64,000 nucleotides of DNA. Source: Candidatus Bathyarchaeia archaeon (GTDB taxonomy: Archaea; Thermoproteota; Bathyarchaeia; Bathyarchaeales; Bathycorpusculaceae). The stretch covers positions 1-64,000 of the forward strand of contig JAVZLH010000001.1 in assembly GCA_038883855.1 (NCBI GenBank), read 5' to 3'. Position numbers and translations under genes: made by a program. Of the stretch, positions 9,413 to 20,464 are shown in pieces. Every line of letters begins with the position of its first letter. Position 1 is the stretch's first letter. The notes beneath the pieces were generated by a model. It did no database searches and was not told where the DNA came from. It saw only the letters and a program-made list of their open reading frames with translations.

Positions 9413-12400
9413 ATGCGGAAAATATTCAAACAAGTCCTTTGTTCATTTATGGCAGTCTTTCCGGTGTTCTTAGTCTGCAATCAAGACCTACCAAGATTCA
9501 AGAATGTTCTTAACGTAACAAAATTAGCTAGTGATGTTGGGGACTTGAGTTATTCTGAGGAAGTTTCGCTTCTCGATGCCGACAATAACAAGATTGTTGA
9601 TTTTCTGGAAAGAGAAGCCTTCGCAAGTCATGCGAGTTATAATTCAGTATCGCGCTGATGTAGGTTTCAGCAGTTTTGTTAGTGGTTTAAACAGCTTATT
9701 CCCCACGGTTAACGTTAGATATAGGTATACGTTGGTAAGCGCTGTTGCTGTTGATCTGCCCGCGGAAGCTATTCCCCAAATAGCAAAGCTTTCTAGTATA
9801 TCACGTATTGAACCAGATATCAAAGTCCAAATTACTTTAGACACTGCTGTGCCAGTGATTAACGCGGATAGGGTTTGGTCTGATTATGGCTTTCATGGCG
9901 AAAACCAGACAATAGAATATTGGACACGGGCATTTGGCCTGAACATCCCGACTTTCAAGGCAAAATTGTTGGGTGGGCTGACTTTGTAAACGTGCAGCCT
10001 GACCCATATGATGACAATGGGCATGGAACTATGGTTGCCAGCATAGCGGCTGGAACAGGCGCTGGATCTAACGGCACATATAAGGGTGTTGCTTACATGG
10101 CGAACATAGTTGCTGTTAAAGTTTTGGATGCCAAAGGTAGAGGATACTCGAGCACAATCATTATGGGGCTTGAATGGGTCTTAGCGAACAAAAACACCTA
10201 CAACATTACAGCCACTAATCTCAGCCTCGGTTCTATTGGGCCGTCAGATGGCAAGGATGTCCTAAGCTTGGCATGCAATCAGCTTGTTGATGAAGGCATA
10301 GTGGTTGTGGTCGCAGCTGGCAACTTCGGACCAAAACCCTACACGGTTGGCTCTCCAGCCGCAGCGGAAAAAGTCATAGCGGTTGGGGCAGTTGACAGAT
10401 CCTCAAATATAGCGAGCTTCTCTAGCAGAGGGCCAACATTGAACGATAGGTTTAAGCCAGACATATGTGCCGTAGGCGTAGCCGTAACAGCGGGATCGCT
10501 GCCATACCTAAAATATCCGGAGATGCAATGGCAAATTTACCGGTCCGTGAGTGGGACATCGGCAGCGGCGCCCATGATAGCCGGAGCTGCAGCACTACTA
10601 AGACAAGCTCACCCAGACTGGACTCCGGAAAAAGTTAAGGCGGCTTTGCTGACACGGGCTGTTCAAAAGGGAGGCGGCCTAAACAATGACTATGGCTACG
10701 GAATTGCAGACGTATTCGAAGCCTTAAAAGGGCCTAAGCCAACTTTGACGATAAACACGTGGAAGTTTATTAGCGGTGTGCCAACATTTCCAGAGGCAAG
10801 AGCCTATGCGCAAAGAAGCCCAGAGCCATATGTCCTGGTGAGGGGAGCATGGTTTGCGCCGAATTCGCTGCTTACTTTAAAATGGGACAATACAACGATT
10901 CTCGCGGATAACGTTCAAGTAGATGAAAATGGAGTCTTTGCGGTGAACGTTACAATTCTCCGTTCAACATGGGGCGTTCACTATATAAACGTTTGGGAAT
11001 CAGAAAACTTCATAACACAGCACGCCTACGAAATCCTCAGACCAACCCTCACATTTTCAGCCTCAGAACTTTTCCAGACAACCATAGACTTCGGAAGACC
11101 GGGAGTAACAATATGGGCAAAGGGCGAATACTATGACCCAAATAACTTTGTAACATAAAATGGGATAACACAAAAATCCTTGCACTGGCGTCCCAACAGA
11201 CTCTAGCGGGGTATTCAAAACACCGATAACTATTCCGCTGGATGCAAGCGCGGGCATACACTATGTTAGTGTATGGAATGAAACAGAATTCGCAACCCAA
11301 AAAATAATTCACATATTGACGGTTACACCAGTAAGCGGAGTAATAAGCGAAAACACCACATGGACAAAATACGGCAGCCCATATAATCTAACAGGACACT
11401 TAATTATCGACGAGTTTGCATCATTAACCATAGAGCCAGGAGTTGAAATAAAGGCAAACGGTTATAGAATATGGGTCAATTCAAACGCCAAACTCAACGC
11501 AACTGGAACACCGTCCGAACCAATAATCTTCAACGGAACAGGAATTCAACTTCGAGATAGCACGGAAAACGCCAGTATAACTGTTAAGAATTGTATTATT
11601 ACCAATGCTCCCTACGGATTTTACGTCCCAGACCTGGGTTATTTTAAAAATGTAACAATTTCCTTTGAAAACTGTGTCTTTACTAGAAATGGCGAAGCGA
11701 TATCCATGAAACACCTTACAGTGCCATTCACTGAGTCTTCCATATACATAGTTGGCAATAAGATAGTGGAGAACAGCGGCGACGCAATAAACATAGGATC
11801 TGGTGGGGGGGTCATGTTTTAAGGAACTTCGCATCGTGAACAATACTATTGTTTCAAATGCTGGCAACGGCATTATACTTCGGGTTTATAATTATGTAAT
11901 AGACAGCGTGTTTGAAATAACGGATAATACAATAAGATCCAATAGAGGGGATGGCTTACATATTACTTGGTCTGGTTTTCCGCCTATGCCGATAACTAGA
12001 AATAACATAGCTTATAACACCGGGGCAGGAATATACATGGCGATACCTGGAACGACTTATGGAAACGCAACACCCCTAATAACCCAAAACTACATAGCAC
12101 GAAACGCTTACGGCATTTTAGTTTATAGATATGAATTCTCATCAGATGTCCCAGAAGGCATTCCAACAATCTTCTTTAATGACATCCACTCCAACATAAA
12201 CTACGACCTCAAAGTATTAAACACTGGACAACGAAGATATAACGCCACTTATAATTATTGGGGAACTCTAAGTGCTAATGAAATAAGCCAAAAATATATG
12301 ACTTCTATGATGACTTCAGTTTGGAAAAAGTTGAATATACACCGTTTCTTAACATGTCGACTAGGGCTTCGTGTTCGGATATTTAACAGATTATACAACA

Positions 12401-13027
12401 GGGTTTTCAATAGTGAACGCCACCGTAGAAGCAGAAGGACCACTCTACGTCTACAGTTATAGTAACGAAACTGGCTACTTTATGATAGAGGGTCTCTTAC
12501 CTGGCGAATATTTGATCAAAATATCAAAAGAGGGCTATGAAACCGTTACATGGTTTGAGAGTGTTGGGGCGGCGCAGGCCTTTGAATCAAGCATAAGTAT
12601 GAGAAGACTTGAAAGTTATGCTGGTGAAGCCACAGTCGTTTTCGACGTTATTGTGGATGGAGAAACTTACCCTGTTGCTGTAACAACAAATTCCACTGTT
12701 TCAGACTTCAACTTCAGCCAGGGAAATATGCAAATAAGCTTTAAGGTTGCTGGCATTGATGGGACAACTGGTTTCTGCGACGTGACAATTCCAAACATAC
12801 TTCTAGGAGGACCCTACACGGTGCTTGTCAACGACGCTCCAATAACACCCACAACAACAAGCAACAGCACCCACTTATTCATATACTTCACCTACAACCA
12901 CAACAACGAACAAACTGTCAAAATCATAGGAACATCGGTAATCCCAGAATTCCCCATCACGCTATACCTAACAATTTTCATAGCGCTGGCATTAACAACC
13001 ATAACACTCAGCAAAAACCGTAAATGA
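9413..13027 (+). pseudogene. Frameshifted multidomain surface subtilase: signal peptide, I9 propeptide, S8 peptidase, two Ig-like repeats, parallel beta-helix, carboxypeptidase-regulatory-like domain, PEF-type C-terminal sorting signal
   Basis: Triad motifs LDTGI, NGHGT and SGTSAAAP; C-terminal VIPEFP + TM helix + KNRK; the ORF pieces join through about 7 single-base indels. Confidence 0.85.
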
Positions 13028-13160
13028 GCCCCCATTTTAAAAATTTAACTAAACCTTACTTCCCTGTAATAAAAGGAAATATTGTTAGTCATTGTTTCAC
13101 GTAACACTTTAAATTGCCGTTAGCTTATTGTGCTGTAGGAGAAGAGACAGGCGTATTCAA

Positions 13161-15392
13161 GTGAAAGTTACAGATTTGCCAGTTCCAGAATCCGTAAAAG
13201 AAGTGCTTATCAAATCTGGAATTGTTGAGCTTTATCCGCCGCAGGAAGAAGCCGTAAAAGCTGGAGCCCTTGAAGGGCGGAACCTTGTCTTGGCTAGTCC
13301 AACGGCTTCTGGAAAGACTTTGGTTGCCGAATTATGCGCCCTCAAACACGTTTTAGAAAGGGACGGAAAAGTTCTTTACTTAACGCCTTTACGGGCTTTA
13401 GCCAGCGAAAAATATGAGGAGTTTAGGAAATATTCGGCTATAACAAAGAAGGACGGCAGAAGAGTAAGTGTGGGCATTTCCACCGGCGATTATGACAGTT
13501 CTGACCCGTGGCTGGAACGCTACGACATCATTGTGGCAACAAACGAAAAGGTGGATTCGCTTCTTAGGCACAGAGCCAAGTGGATGGATGAAATCTCGCT
13601 GGTAATAGCCGACGAAGTGCACTTGCTAAATGAGGCGGAGCGGGGACCAACCCTTGAAGTTGTTTTGGCAAGGCTTATGCAGACAAACCCAGACATACAA
13701 ATTTTGGCTTTAAGCGCAACCATAAACAACGTAGAAGAAATCGGAGGCTGGCTCAAAGCAGACTACATAACAACAGAGTGGCGCCCCATCCTCTTAAAGG
13801 AAGGCGTCCTGCTCCACAACGAAATCCAATACAAAGACGGAGACGCCAGAAAAATAGAGGGTAAAATCAAAAATCCGGCAATAAACCTAGCCCTAAACAC
13901 CGTAAAAACAGGCGGGCAAGCCCTCATATTCGCCTCTACAAGAAAAAACGCTGTTACACTAGCGCGAAAAGCAGCCCCAATAATTGGAGAAAACCTCTCC
14001 AAACCAATAAAACGCGCCCTAGAGCGAGAAGCCGAAAGGATTTTGGCAACTGGCGAAAAGACGAGAATAAGCGAGTTGCTGGCTGAACTCGTCAAAAATG
14101 GAGTGGCATTTCACCATGCGGGTTTGGGCGGCGGACACAGAAAATTAATAGAAGACTCTTTTAGGCAGGGGAAAATTAAGGTTTTAACCGCAACGCCCAC
14201 CTTGGCTTTCGGCGTCAACCTCCCAGCAAGAACCGTAATAATACACGATTATAGGCGCTATGAACCGGGCTACGGCTATTACCCAATAAGCGTTTTAGAG
14301 TATAAGCAGATAGCTGGAAGGGCTGGAAGACCAAAATACGACAAAGTCGGCGAAGCTATCCTTATTGGCAAAACTGCTGACGAAGCAGACTACCTAATGG
14401 AAAGCTACATTCTCGCGAACCCAGAGCGGATTTGGTCAAGGCTTGCCGTCGAAAAAATCTTGAGGTCTCATGTGCTGGCGACGATAGCGGCGGACTACGC
14501 CCACACAGAACGGGGCATATACGACTTTTTCGGCAAAACCTTCTACGCCTATCAGTATGACATAGCCGCTATAAGAAGGCTCATAGCAAAAATCCTCAAG
14601 TACCTATATGACGAAGAAATGATAGACGTAAGCGGAGAAAACATTTACGCCACAAGATTCGGCAAAAGAGTAAGCGAGCTTTACATAGACCCAGTTTCAG
14701 CCGTCATAATCCGCGATGCTTTGAGGCAAAAACCTACGCAACTAACAGACTTAAGCCTTCTTCACATGATTGCCCATACGCCTGATATGAGCCCTATACT
14801 GCGTCCGACAATGAGAGAAGCGGATGAGATAGCGGTTTTCATGGAAGAACACAAAGAAGAATTCTTAGTGAATTTGCCAAACGAGTGGGAAGACCGTGTA
14901 ACCTACGAGCAGTTCCTAGGCGAAGTGAAAACCGCCATGGTTCTGGAGGCGTGGATAGAGGAAAAGAGCGAAGATGAAATAATTGAAAGGTTCAGAACGC
15001 AACCAGGAGACCTTTACAGGATAATCGAAAACGCCAAGTGGCTACTTTACGCAACCCACGAATTAGCGGTGCTCTTCGAAAACAAACAAGTCCTGGCGCC
15101 GACTCTTGAACTCATGGAAAGAGTTGAGAAGGGCGTAAAAAAAGAACTTTTGCCAATCGTTAGGCTCGAAGGAATAGGCAGAGTGCGCGGACGTATACTA
15201 TACAACGCTGGATTTAAAACAATCGAAGACATAAAACACGCGCAACTAGAGGAACTAATGAATCTACCTCTGATAGGGCCAAAGCTGGCAAAGAAAATTA
15301 AGGAGCAAGTCGGCGGTTTTATAAGAAAGGAAAATTGGGAAAGGCTTGAGAAAGAAGATGTGTGGAAGCAGAAGGCGATAACAGAATACTAA
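13161..15392 (+). CDS. hel308: Hel308/Hjm Ski2-like SF2 DNA helicase
   Basis: SPTASGKT, DEVH, LSAT and QIAGRAGRP motifs; C-terminal HhH; likely GTG start at 13161. Confidence 0.93.
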   Translation: MKVTDLPVPESVKEVLIKSGIVELYPPQEEAVKAGALEGRNLVLASPTASGKTLVAELCALKHVLERDGKVLYLTPLRALASEKYEEFRKYSAITKKDGRRVSVGISTGDYDSSDPWLERYDIIVATNEKVDSLLRHRAKWMDEISLVIADEVHLLNEAERGPTLEVVLARLMQTNPDIQILALSATINNVEEIGGWLKADYITTEWRPILLKEGVLLHNEIQYKDGDARKIEGKIKNPAINLALNTVKTGGQALIFASTRKNAVTLARKAAPIIGENLSKPIKRALEREAERILATGEKTRISELLAELVKNGVAFHHAGLGGGHRKLIEDSFRQGKIKVLTATPTLAFGVNLPARTVIIHDYRRYEPGYGYYPISVLEYKQIAGRAGRPKYDKVGEAILIGKTADEADYLMESYILANPERIWSRLAVEKILRSHVLATIAADYAHTERGIYDFFGKTFYAYQYDIAAIRRLIAKILKYLYDEEMIDVSGENIYATRFGKRVSELYIDPVSAVIIRDALRQKPTQLTDLSLLHMIAHTPDMSPILRPTMREADEIAVFMEEHKEEFLVNLPNEWEDRVTYEQFLGEVKTAMVLEAWIEEKSEDEIIERFRTQPGDLYRIIENAKWLLYATHELAVLFENKQVLAPTLELMERVEKGVKKELLPIVRLEGIGRVRGRILYNAGFKTIEDIKHAQLEELMNLPLIGPKLAKKIKEQVGGFIRKENWERLEKEDVWKQKAITEY

Positions 15393-16894
15393 ACAGTTTG
15401 CGACTCTTTTCTTCTCTTGGAAAAGTTTTCCATGTACTCTTTGAAGCTTCCAGCCCTCTTAAGGTATAAGCCGTATCTTACTAGCGCATTCATAGCCCTA
15501 GCCGCATCCTCCGGCGATGGATAAGCTGGAATGCCTAATTTGTCGAATCTAAAGCGCGTGTATAAGGCCATTTCCGTCTCACCGATGTCACATGCAACAA
15601 TTGGTTTGTTGTATTTGCTTGCAACTTTTGCAACTCTGTCTACATAATCCTCCTGTAACGCTGGCAAATGGTGCAGTCCAAGCAATATTATTCCATCAAT
15701 TTCCGGATCTTGGAAAAGCACCTCTGCTGCAAACTCAAACATTTCAGATGTGGCGGAACCAGTGATGTCCACAGGGTTAACATTGGTTGCAAACTTCGGA
15801 AGCTTTCCTTCCTTCTTCAACTGCTCAAACTTCTGAATCGTCTCTTTGGAAAAGGGTTTAACCTTCAGTCCTCTCAATTCACATTCATCAACGGCCATTA
15901 TGCCTGGCCCACCTGCATCTGTAATTACCCCGATGTTTTTACCTGATGCTGGCGGTTGCATGGCTAACGCTTTTCCCATGTCGAAAAATTCCTCCATGTC
16001 CATTGCCCTTATCACTCCAGCCTGTTCAAAGGCGGCATCGTAAATCGCATCGGAGCCCGCGATAGCGCCTGTATGTGAAGCTGCGGCTCTAGCCCCAGCG
16101 GATGTTCTACCAGCCTTGAGAGCTACAACTGGTTTTTTCTTTGTCACCATCTTCGTTATTTCGAGAAACTTTCTTCCAGACTTTATGTCTTCAACGTATA
16201 ACAATATGGCTTTGGTTTCATCGTCATAGAGCAGATAATGCAGCATCTCCGCTTCGTCTACGTCGCTTTTATTTCCAAAACTTGCAAATTTGCTTATCCC
16301 TATTTGACGCCCAGCTAAATAGTCAAGTGCTGCAGCCCCGAAAGCCCCGCTCTGTGTGACTACCGCAATGCCCCCAGGCATGGGTCGCGGAGTTGCAACA
16401 ATTTCATCGCCTGTTGTCAGAATTTTTGTTTCAGGAAGGAAAAGCATGTCAACGCCCGTCCGCGAGTCGTAAACTCCTAGGCAGTTTGGACCGAGAACTC
16501 GTATTCCAGCTTTCTTGGCTATTTCCACAATCTGGTTTTCAAGCTCATGATTTCCAATTTCGCTGAAGCCAGAAGTTATTATGACGACTGCCTTAGCTCC
16601 TTTTGAGGCTGCATCCTTCATTATCTGTGGGACAACATTAGCGGGAACCACGACCACAACTAAATCTAGTTTTCCAGGAATTTTAGTTAGAGAGGGATAG
16701 CATTGGAAGCCCAAAATTGAGTTTTCATGCGGATTAACTGGGTAAATTTCTCCCTTAAAAATTCCTCTCCGTACGTTTTCAACAAAATTTTTAAAAATTA
16801 CGTGGCCCGCCTTACTACTTTTTTTTGTGGCTCCGACAATGGCAACTGAAGCGGGATTGAAAAACGCGTCTAACTGTTTGGTTTCCGACTCCAT
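15389..16894 (-). CDS. acdA: Acetate-CoA ligase (ADP-forming) alpha subunit
   Basis: FFNPASVAIVGA, GPNCLG, TQSGAFG, AAASHTGA (phospho-His) and NPVDITG motifs. Confidence 0.88.
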   Translation of the reverse strand: MESETKQLDAFFNPASVAIVGATKKSSKAGHVIFKNFVENVRRGIFKGEIYPVNPHENSILGFQCYPSLTKIPGKLDLVVVVVPANVVPQIMKDAASKGAKAVVIITSGFSEIGNHELENQIVEIAKKAGIRVLGPNCLGVYDSRTGVDMLFLPETKILTTGDEIVATPRPMPGGIAVVTQSGAFGAAALDYLAGRQIGISKFASFGNKSDVDEAEMLHYLLYDDETKAILLYVEDIKSGRKFLEITKMVTKKKPVVALKAGRTSAGARAAASHTGAIAGSDAIYDAAFEQAGVIRAMDMEEFFDMGKALAMQPPASGKNIGVITDAGGPGIMAVDECELRGLKVKPFSKETIQKFEQLKKEGKLPKFATNVNPVDITGSATSEMFEFAAEVLFQDPEIDGIILLGLHHLPALQEDYVDRVAKVASKYNKPIVACDIGETEMALYTRFRFDKLGIPAYPSPEDAARAMNALVRYGLYLKRAGSFKEYMENFSKRRKESQTV

Positions 16895-16902
16895 TGCACA
16901 CT

Positions 16903-17745
16903 TCACCTTTTGCTTCTAATAATAACTATGGGTTTATGCTTTACTGTCTCAAGCATCTCCCAAGTTACATCAGCTAGTTTCACTTTAAACTTTTCAGCCA
17001 TATCCCACACGGTTCTTCCAGCCCCGTGACCCCTCGTGCGATTCGCGATTTCAGCTATTTCCAAAGCGTTTTCCGCATCGAGTTTACAGCCAGCCACAGC
17101 TATAGGTGTTGCTCTCCGCCTAAGTTTAAACATCCTACCGACAACATAAGCAAAAAAACCTCCGAAGGAGTGAATGCCGCAAATTGGTTTAGGGCGTGGT
17201 GTAAAATGGAAGCTTCTAAGAGAGTAAGTTTTGTCTGTGTCTGTAATCATAACGCAAACATTTCTATGCAGTTTCATAATAATTTGATTACGTATTTTTT
17301 GAGCTATTTCATCAGCATTGTTTAAGGGTAAACTGACATAGGAATAGGCCAAATTGCTTCCGTCAATGCCGCCCTCAGAACCGAACATTAAGGCTTGCAG
17401 AAAACCCGCATATTGAATGGCAACTTGTTTATGGCGACACCCTTCATCCAACGGGTATTCACGTAGATTAAGAAGAAGTTTAGGTCTTAGATGGCATAGA
17501 GGACCGAGAAAGTATCCCCAAAATATGCGCATCCAAAATCTGCAAATCAGCTTTGCGCTTAAACCGGGTTTGACAGAGCTCTCATCTACAATATTACCTA
17601 TGGCGGTTGAAATCGCCTTTTCAGACACAATCACAAAATCTCCATCAACCACTTTATCACTAATTTCTTCAACGATCTCTTTGATGAAATTTGTTTTAGG
17701 CCTCCAATAGCGCGTAGCAACAGCTAACGCCTTATAATGTGACAT
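16903..17745 (-). CDS. CofE-family gamma-glutamyl ligase homolog
   Basis: DFVIVSEKAIS, EGGIDGSN and VMITDTD motifs typical of the F420:gamma-glutamyl ligase family. Confidence 0.75.
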   Translation of the reverse strand: MSHYKALAVATRYWRPKTNFIKEIVEEISDKVVDGDFVIVSEKAISTAIGNIVDESSVKPGLSAKLICRFWMRIFWGYFLGPLCHLRPKLLLNLREYPLDEGCRHKQVAIQYAGFLQALMFGSEGGIDGSNLAYSYVSLPLNNADEIAQKIRNQIIMKLHRNVCVMITDTDKTYSLRSFHFTPRPKPICGIHSFGGFFAYVVGRMFKLRRRATPIAVAGCKLDAENALEIAEIANRTRGHGAGRTVWDMAEKFKVKLADVTWEMLETVKHKPIVIIRSKR

Positions 17746-17773
17746 TGTAACCCTTTCAAGCGCATAAAGCCTT

Positions 17774-18472
17774 TCATAGATTTTGAAATCTCTTTTTTAT
17801 CTCTTCCACATCACATTCGGGCGGTTTTATCTTCCCCTCTGGGCAATAGCCCAACTTCACACAAGAGGGCCCAGCGTTTTCAAAAAGGGCAGGGGCGACC
17901 TTTTTGACTTGTCTGAGCATTTCCGTTGCAACCTCTCTTATCTCCCATTGTGAGCGCGCGCAGCAGCGGAGGTTAAAGAAGTGGTTCAGTTCGCGGGCGT
18001 TCATCGTCACGATTATGTTGGTTTTTGCAGCGTTTGGAAGGACAAATCTTGCGTCTTCCTTTGGGATGCCAAGTTGCAAAAGCCTTTTGTAAGCTTCTGA
18101 AATTTTCTCCAAAGTCTCTTCAAAGACTCTTTTTGCCTCCGCGTTTTCAGCGATGCTTTTTGGCGTTACATATTTTTCCAAAGTGTCATAGGTAACATAT
18201 CGTTGGCTTTGCTGCGTGTATGAGGCAATGCGGTGCCTTACAAGCTGGTGGGTCATGGCTCTAGAAACGCCTTCAAGGCTAAATGTGAAAGAAGCATGTT
18301 CAATAACTGATGTGTGCCCGTAACCAGTAACCCGCTTAATTATTCGCCTCGCCTGTTCAATATCCATTTTTTCAAAAGTTTCGGACGGGCTCCCACTCTT
18401 TGACGATGTCAACGCTGCTGCTCCACACAAAATTTCCGGGTCTGTCGTGTAGCGTAGAAGCTTGACCTTCAT
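17774..18472 (-). CDS. thyX: FAD-dependent thymidylate synthase
   Basis: GHTSVIEH and HQLVRHRIASYTQQSQRY (RHRx7S) motifs; QWEIR. Confidence 0.95.
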   Translation of the reverse strand: MKVKLLRYTTDPEILCGAAALTSSKSGSPSETFEKMDIEQARRIIKRVTGYGHTSVIEHASFTFSLEGVSRAMTHQLVRHRIASYTQQSQRYVTYDTLEKYVTPKSIAENAEAKRVFEETLEKISEAYKRLLQLGIPKEDARFVLPNAAKTNIIVTMNARELNHFFNLRCCARSQWEIREVATEMLRQVKKVAPALFENAGPSCVKLGYCPEGKIKPPECDVEEIKKRFQNL

Positions 18473-18549
18473 TTGTTTAGCCTCACTCCACCTTTAGAAA
18501 GAAAGTCATAAATTTGCTTTGCGTAAAGGTTTTTGGAAAAGGGATAAGG

Positions 18550-19188
18550 ATGCCGAGGTTGAAAACAGCCTTAGTATACATAAACCAGCTTTGCTCAAGT
18601 CCAAACATACAGAAACATCGGTTGGGGTTTAAACTAAAAGCACAGTACACCACATGGATGAGAACGCTTAATCTTCAAGATTTTGTAACTTTCAACGAAA
18701 CAATAGAAAGGAACAAAGAGCAAATTGGAGCCGCCCAGTTCTTTGGAAAATTTCGCGCCTACTCTTTTGAAGAGTATGTTTACCGCCTCTTACAATCAAA
18801 GGTTTATGTTCCAAAAGATTTGCAGTTGTTTTGGGGTGAAAAGTGTCTTGTCTGGCAAAAGGGCGGGAAAGAGTATGCTATGGAATTTGACGTTTCCATA
18901 GGTGAAAGGAGAGGCGGGTTCGTTGAGCCAAAAATTGTCTTGGACGCTAAAATAGAGCTTGACTCCGCCCGCTTGAAAACTGCCCTAGCTTCTTTTGCGA
19001 TTTTAAAAGAGTGGAGTAAGAAGTCAAAATGCGTTTTAGTTTACGCCTTCAAAGAGCTAGACTCTGTGCTTTTAGAGCTAGCTACACGGTGGACTGACGG
19101 CATTTTCCAGTTCAGCCTCGAAAACGATGAGACATCAGCGTTTCTCAAATTTGTCGAAGAAAGTTTAGAAGAGGAAAAAGCCCCTTAG
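18550..19188 (+). CDS. Hypothetical protein with putative PD-(D/E)xK nuclease fold
   Basis: FEEYVY...MEFDVSIG...VLDAKIELD pattern. Confidence 0.55.
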   Translation: MPRLKTALVYINQLCSSPNIQKHRLGFKLKAQYTTWMRTLNLQDFVTFNETIERNKEQIGAAQFFGKFRAYSFEEYVYRLLQSKVYVPKDLQLFWGEKCLVWQKGGKEYAMEFDVSIGERRGGFVEPKIVLDAKIELDSARLKTALASFAILKEWSKKSKCVLVYAFKELDSVLLELATRWTDGIFQFSLENDETSAFLKFVEESLEEEKAP

Positions 19189-20240
19189 ATATGGGCATAT
19201 ATGCGGTCGCTTGTGTAATTGCCGCTCTGCATCTCCTCTTCTATCTCACGCAACAACAGTATGCGCTTAAACGTCGGCGGGTGAGTTGCAAACCACATGT
19301 TAATCTTCGCCCACGTCGTTTTGGCTTCTTTCTCCATAGCAAGCTCTAACTCCCTTTCATCTAAAACACCGTCTTTATCTAAGTCATAGTCTTGTTTCTT
19401 CTCCATTATTTGCTGAATCTCTTGCTTAGCCATGGCAGGGTCTCCGATATAGAAGGCTCTTGCTCCAGAGGGCGGCTTCGGCGAAAGCGACAGCCCATAC
19501 GTGATTTTTGCCAGTGCACTTTGCAAGCTTCGAGGCGAACCAGTAACATACGCTGAATAGGCGTCTGCATAATGCTCCCGCAACCGGCTAAGATACATCA
19601 CACATAAGAGCGAAATTATGTAAACTATGTAGGAGATAACTCCAATAACCAAGAAAGCTGCCTTGATACTTCCCTCCTCCTTCCGCGAAGAGCCACCAGA
19701 CCATCTTGCAGCCTCCCATGTTCCCCGCGCAATCAAATATGCCAATAAGGGCAGGGCTGAAAGCACCGTCATAACAACATAATCCTTATGTTTAATGTGC
19801 CCCAACTCGTGCCCAATAACACCCTTAACCTCATCCTTATTCAAGTTCCTCAAAAGCCCTTCATGCACAGCCAAAGTGGCGCCGCTGGCTGTTCTGCCAA
19901 AAACAAAAGCGTTCGGAGTATCATCTGGCACTATAGCCAATTTAGGCATCGGTAACCCGCTCTTATCAGCTAACTCCTTAACTGCGGATTCGAGCCACGG
20001 GTTTTCTCCAGCTTCCAAATACCGCAACCGCGTCGAAGCCCTAACAACCGCTGGACCTATAAGATACTGGAAGAGTATGAAGAGAATTGTTAGGATTATG
20101 GAGTAGAAAATGTTGAGCCCTATAATGAGCATTATAGCTGATAGAAACATGGCAAATATTAAGGCGACTAAGAAAATTGACATTGACATCGTAAGCTTTA
20201 GTTCAGCTAGCCTAGCCAACGGTTTCCCAGCAAAGCACAT
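19185..20240 (-). CDS. htpX: HtpX-family membrane zinc protease (M48)
   Basis: PNAFVFG, HELGH, SRLREHYAD and THPP motifs. Confidence 0.9.
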   Translation of the reverse strand: MCFAGKPLARLAELKLTMSMSIFLVALIFAMFLSAIMLIIGLNIFYSIILTILFILFQYLIGPAVVRASTRLRYLEAGENPWLESAVKELADKSGLPMPKLAIVPDDTPNAFVFGRTASGATLAVHEGLLRNLNKDEVKGVIGHELGHIKHKDYVVMTVLSALPLLAYLIARGTWEAARWSGGSSRKEEGSIKAAFLVIGVISYIVYIISLLCVMYLSRLREHYADAYSAYVTGSPRSLQSALAKITYGLSLSPKPPSGARAFYIGDPAMAKQEIQQIMEKKQDYDLDKDGVLDERELELAMEKEAKTTWAKINMWFATHPPTFKRILLLREIEEEMQSGNYTSDRIYAHI

Positions 20241-20334
20241 AGAGAAAGAATAAAAGAATAAAGTTTCCTATAAGCACAAACTTTTCCATTTTAAATTACC
20301 CTTGAAATCTCTTCTTTGGAGACCGGCGAAGTAG

Positions 20335-20448
20335 CGCCGGGGAAGGGATTTGAACCCTTGCGAGCCCGAAGGCCCACTGGCTTACTTGTCTGGCTCCGTT
20401 TAAATGTTGATCTCGAGGCCAGCGCGTTAACCACTCCGCCACCCCGGC
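20335..20448 (-). tRNA. tRNA-Ser(CGA) with a 29-nt intron at position 37/38 (intron 20383-20411)
   Basis: GCCGGGG/CCCCGGC acceptor stem, discriminator G, CTGGC/GCCAG anticodon stem, long variable arm, GTTCAAAT T-loop; 85 nt after splicing; CCA not encoded. Confidence 0.93.
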
Positions 20449-20464
20449 ACATCGTGAATAGAGA

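Noticed and set aside
20250-20335. Integrated element at the tRNA 3' end
   Set aside because: No integrase and no duplicated tRNA end seen in the window; flanking genes are core
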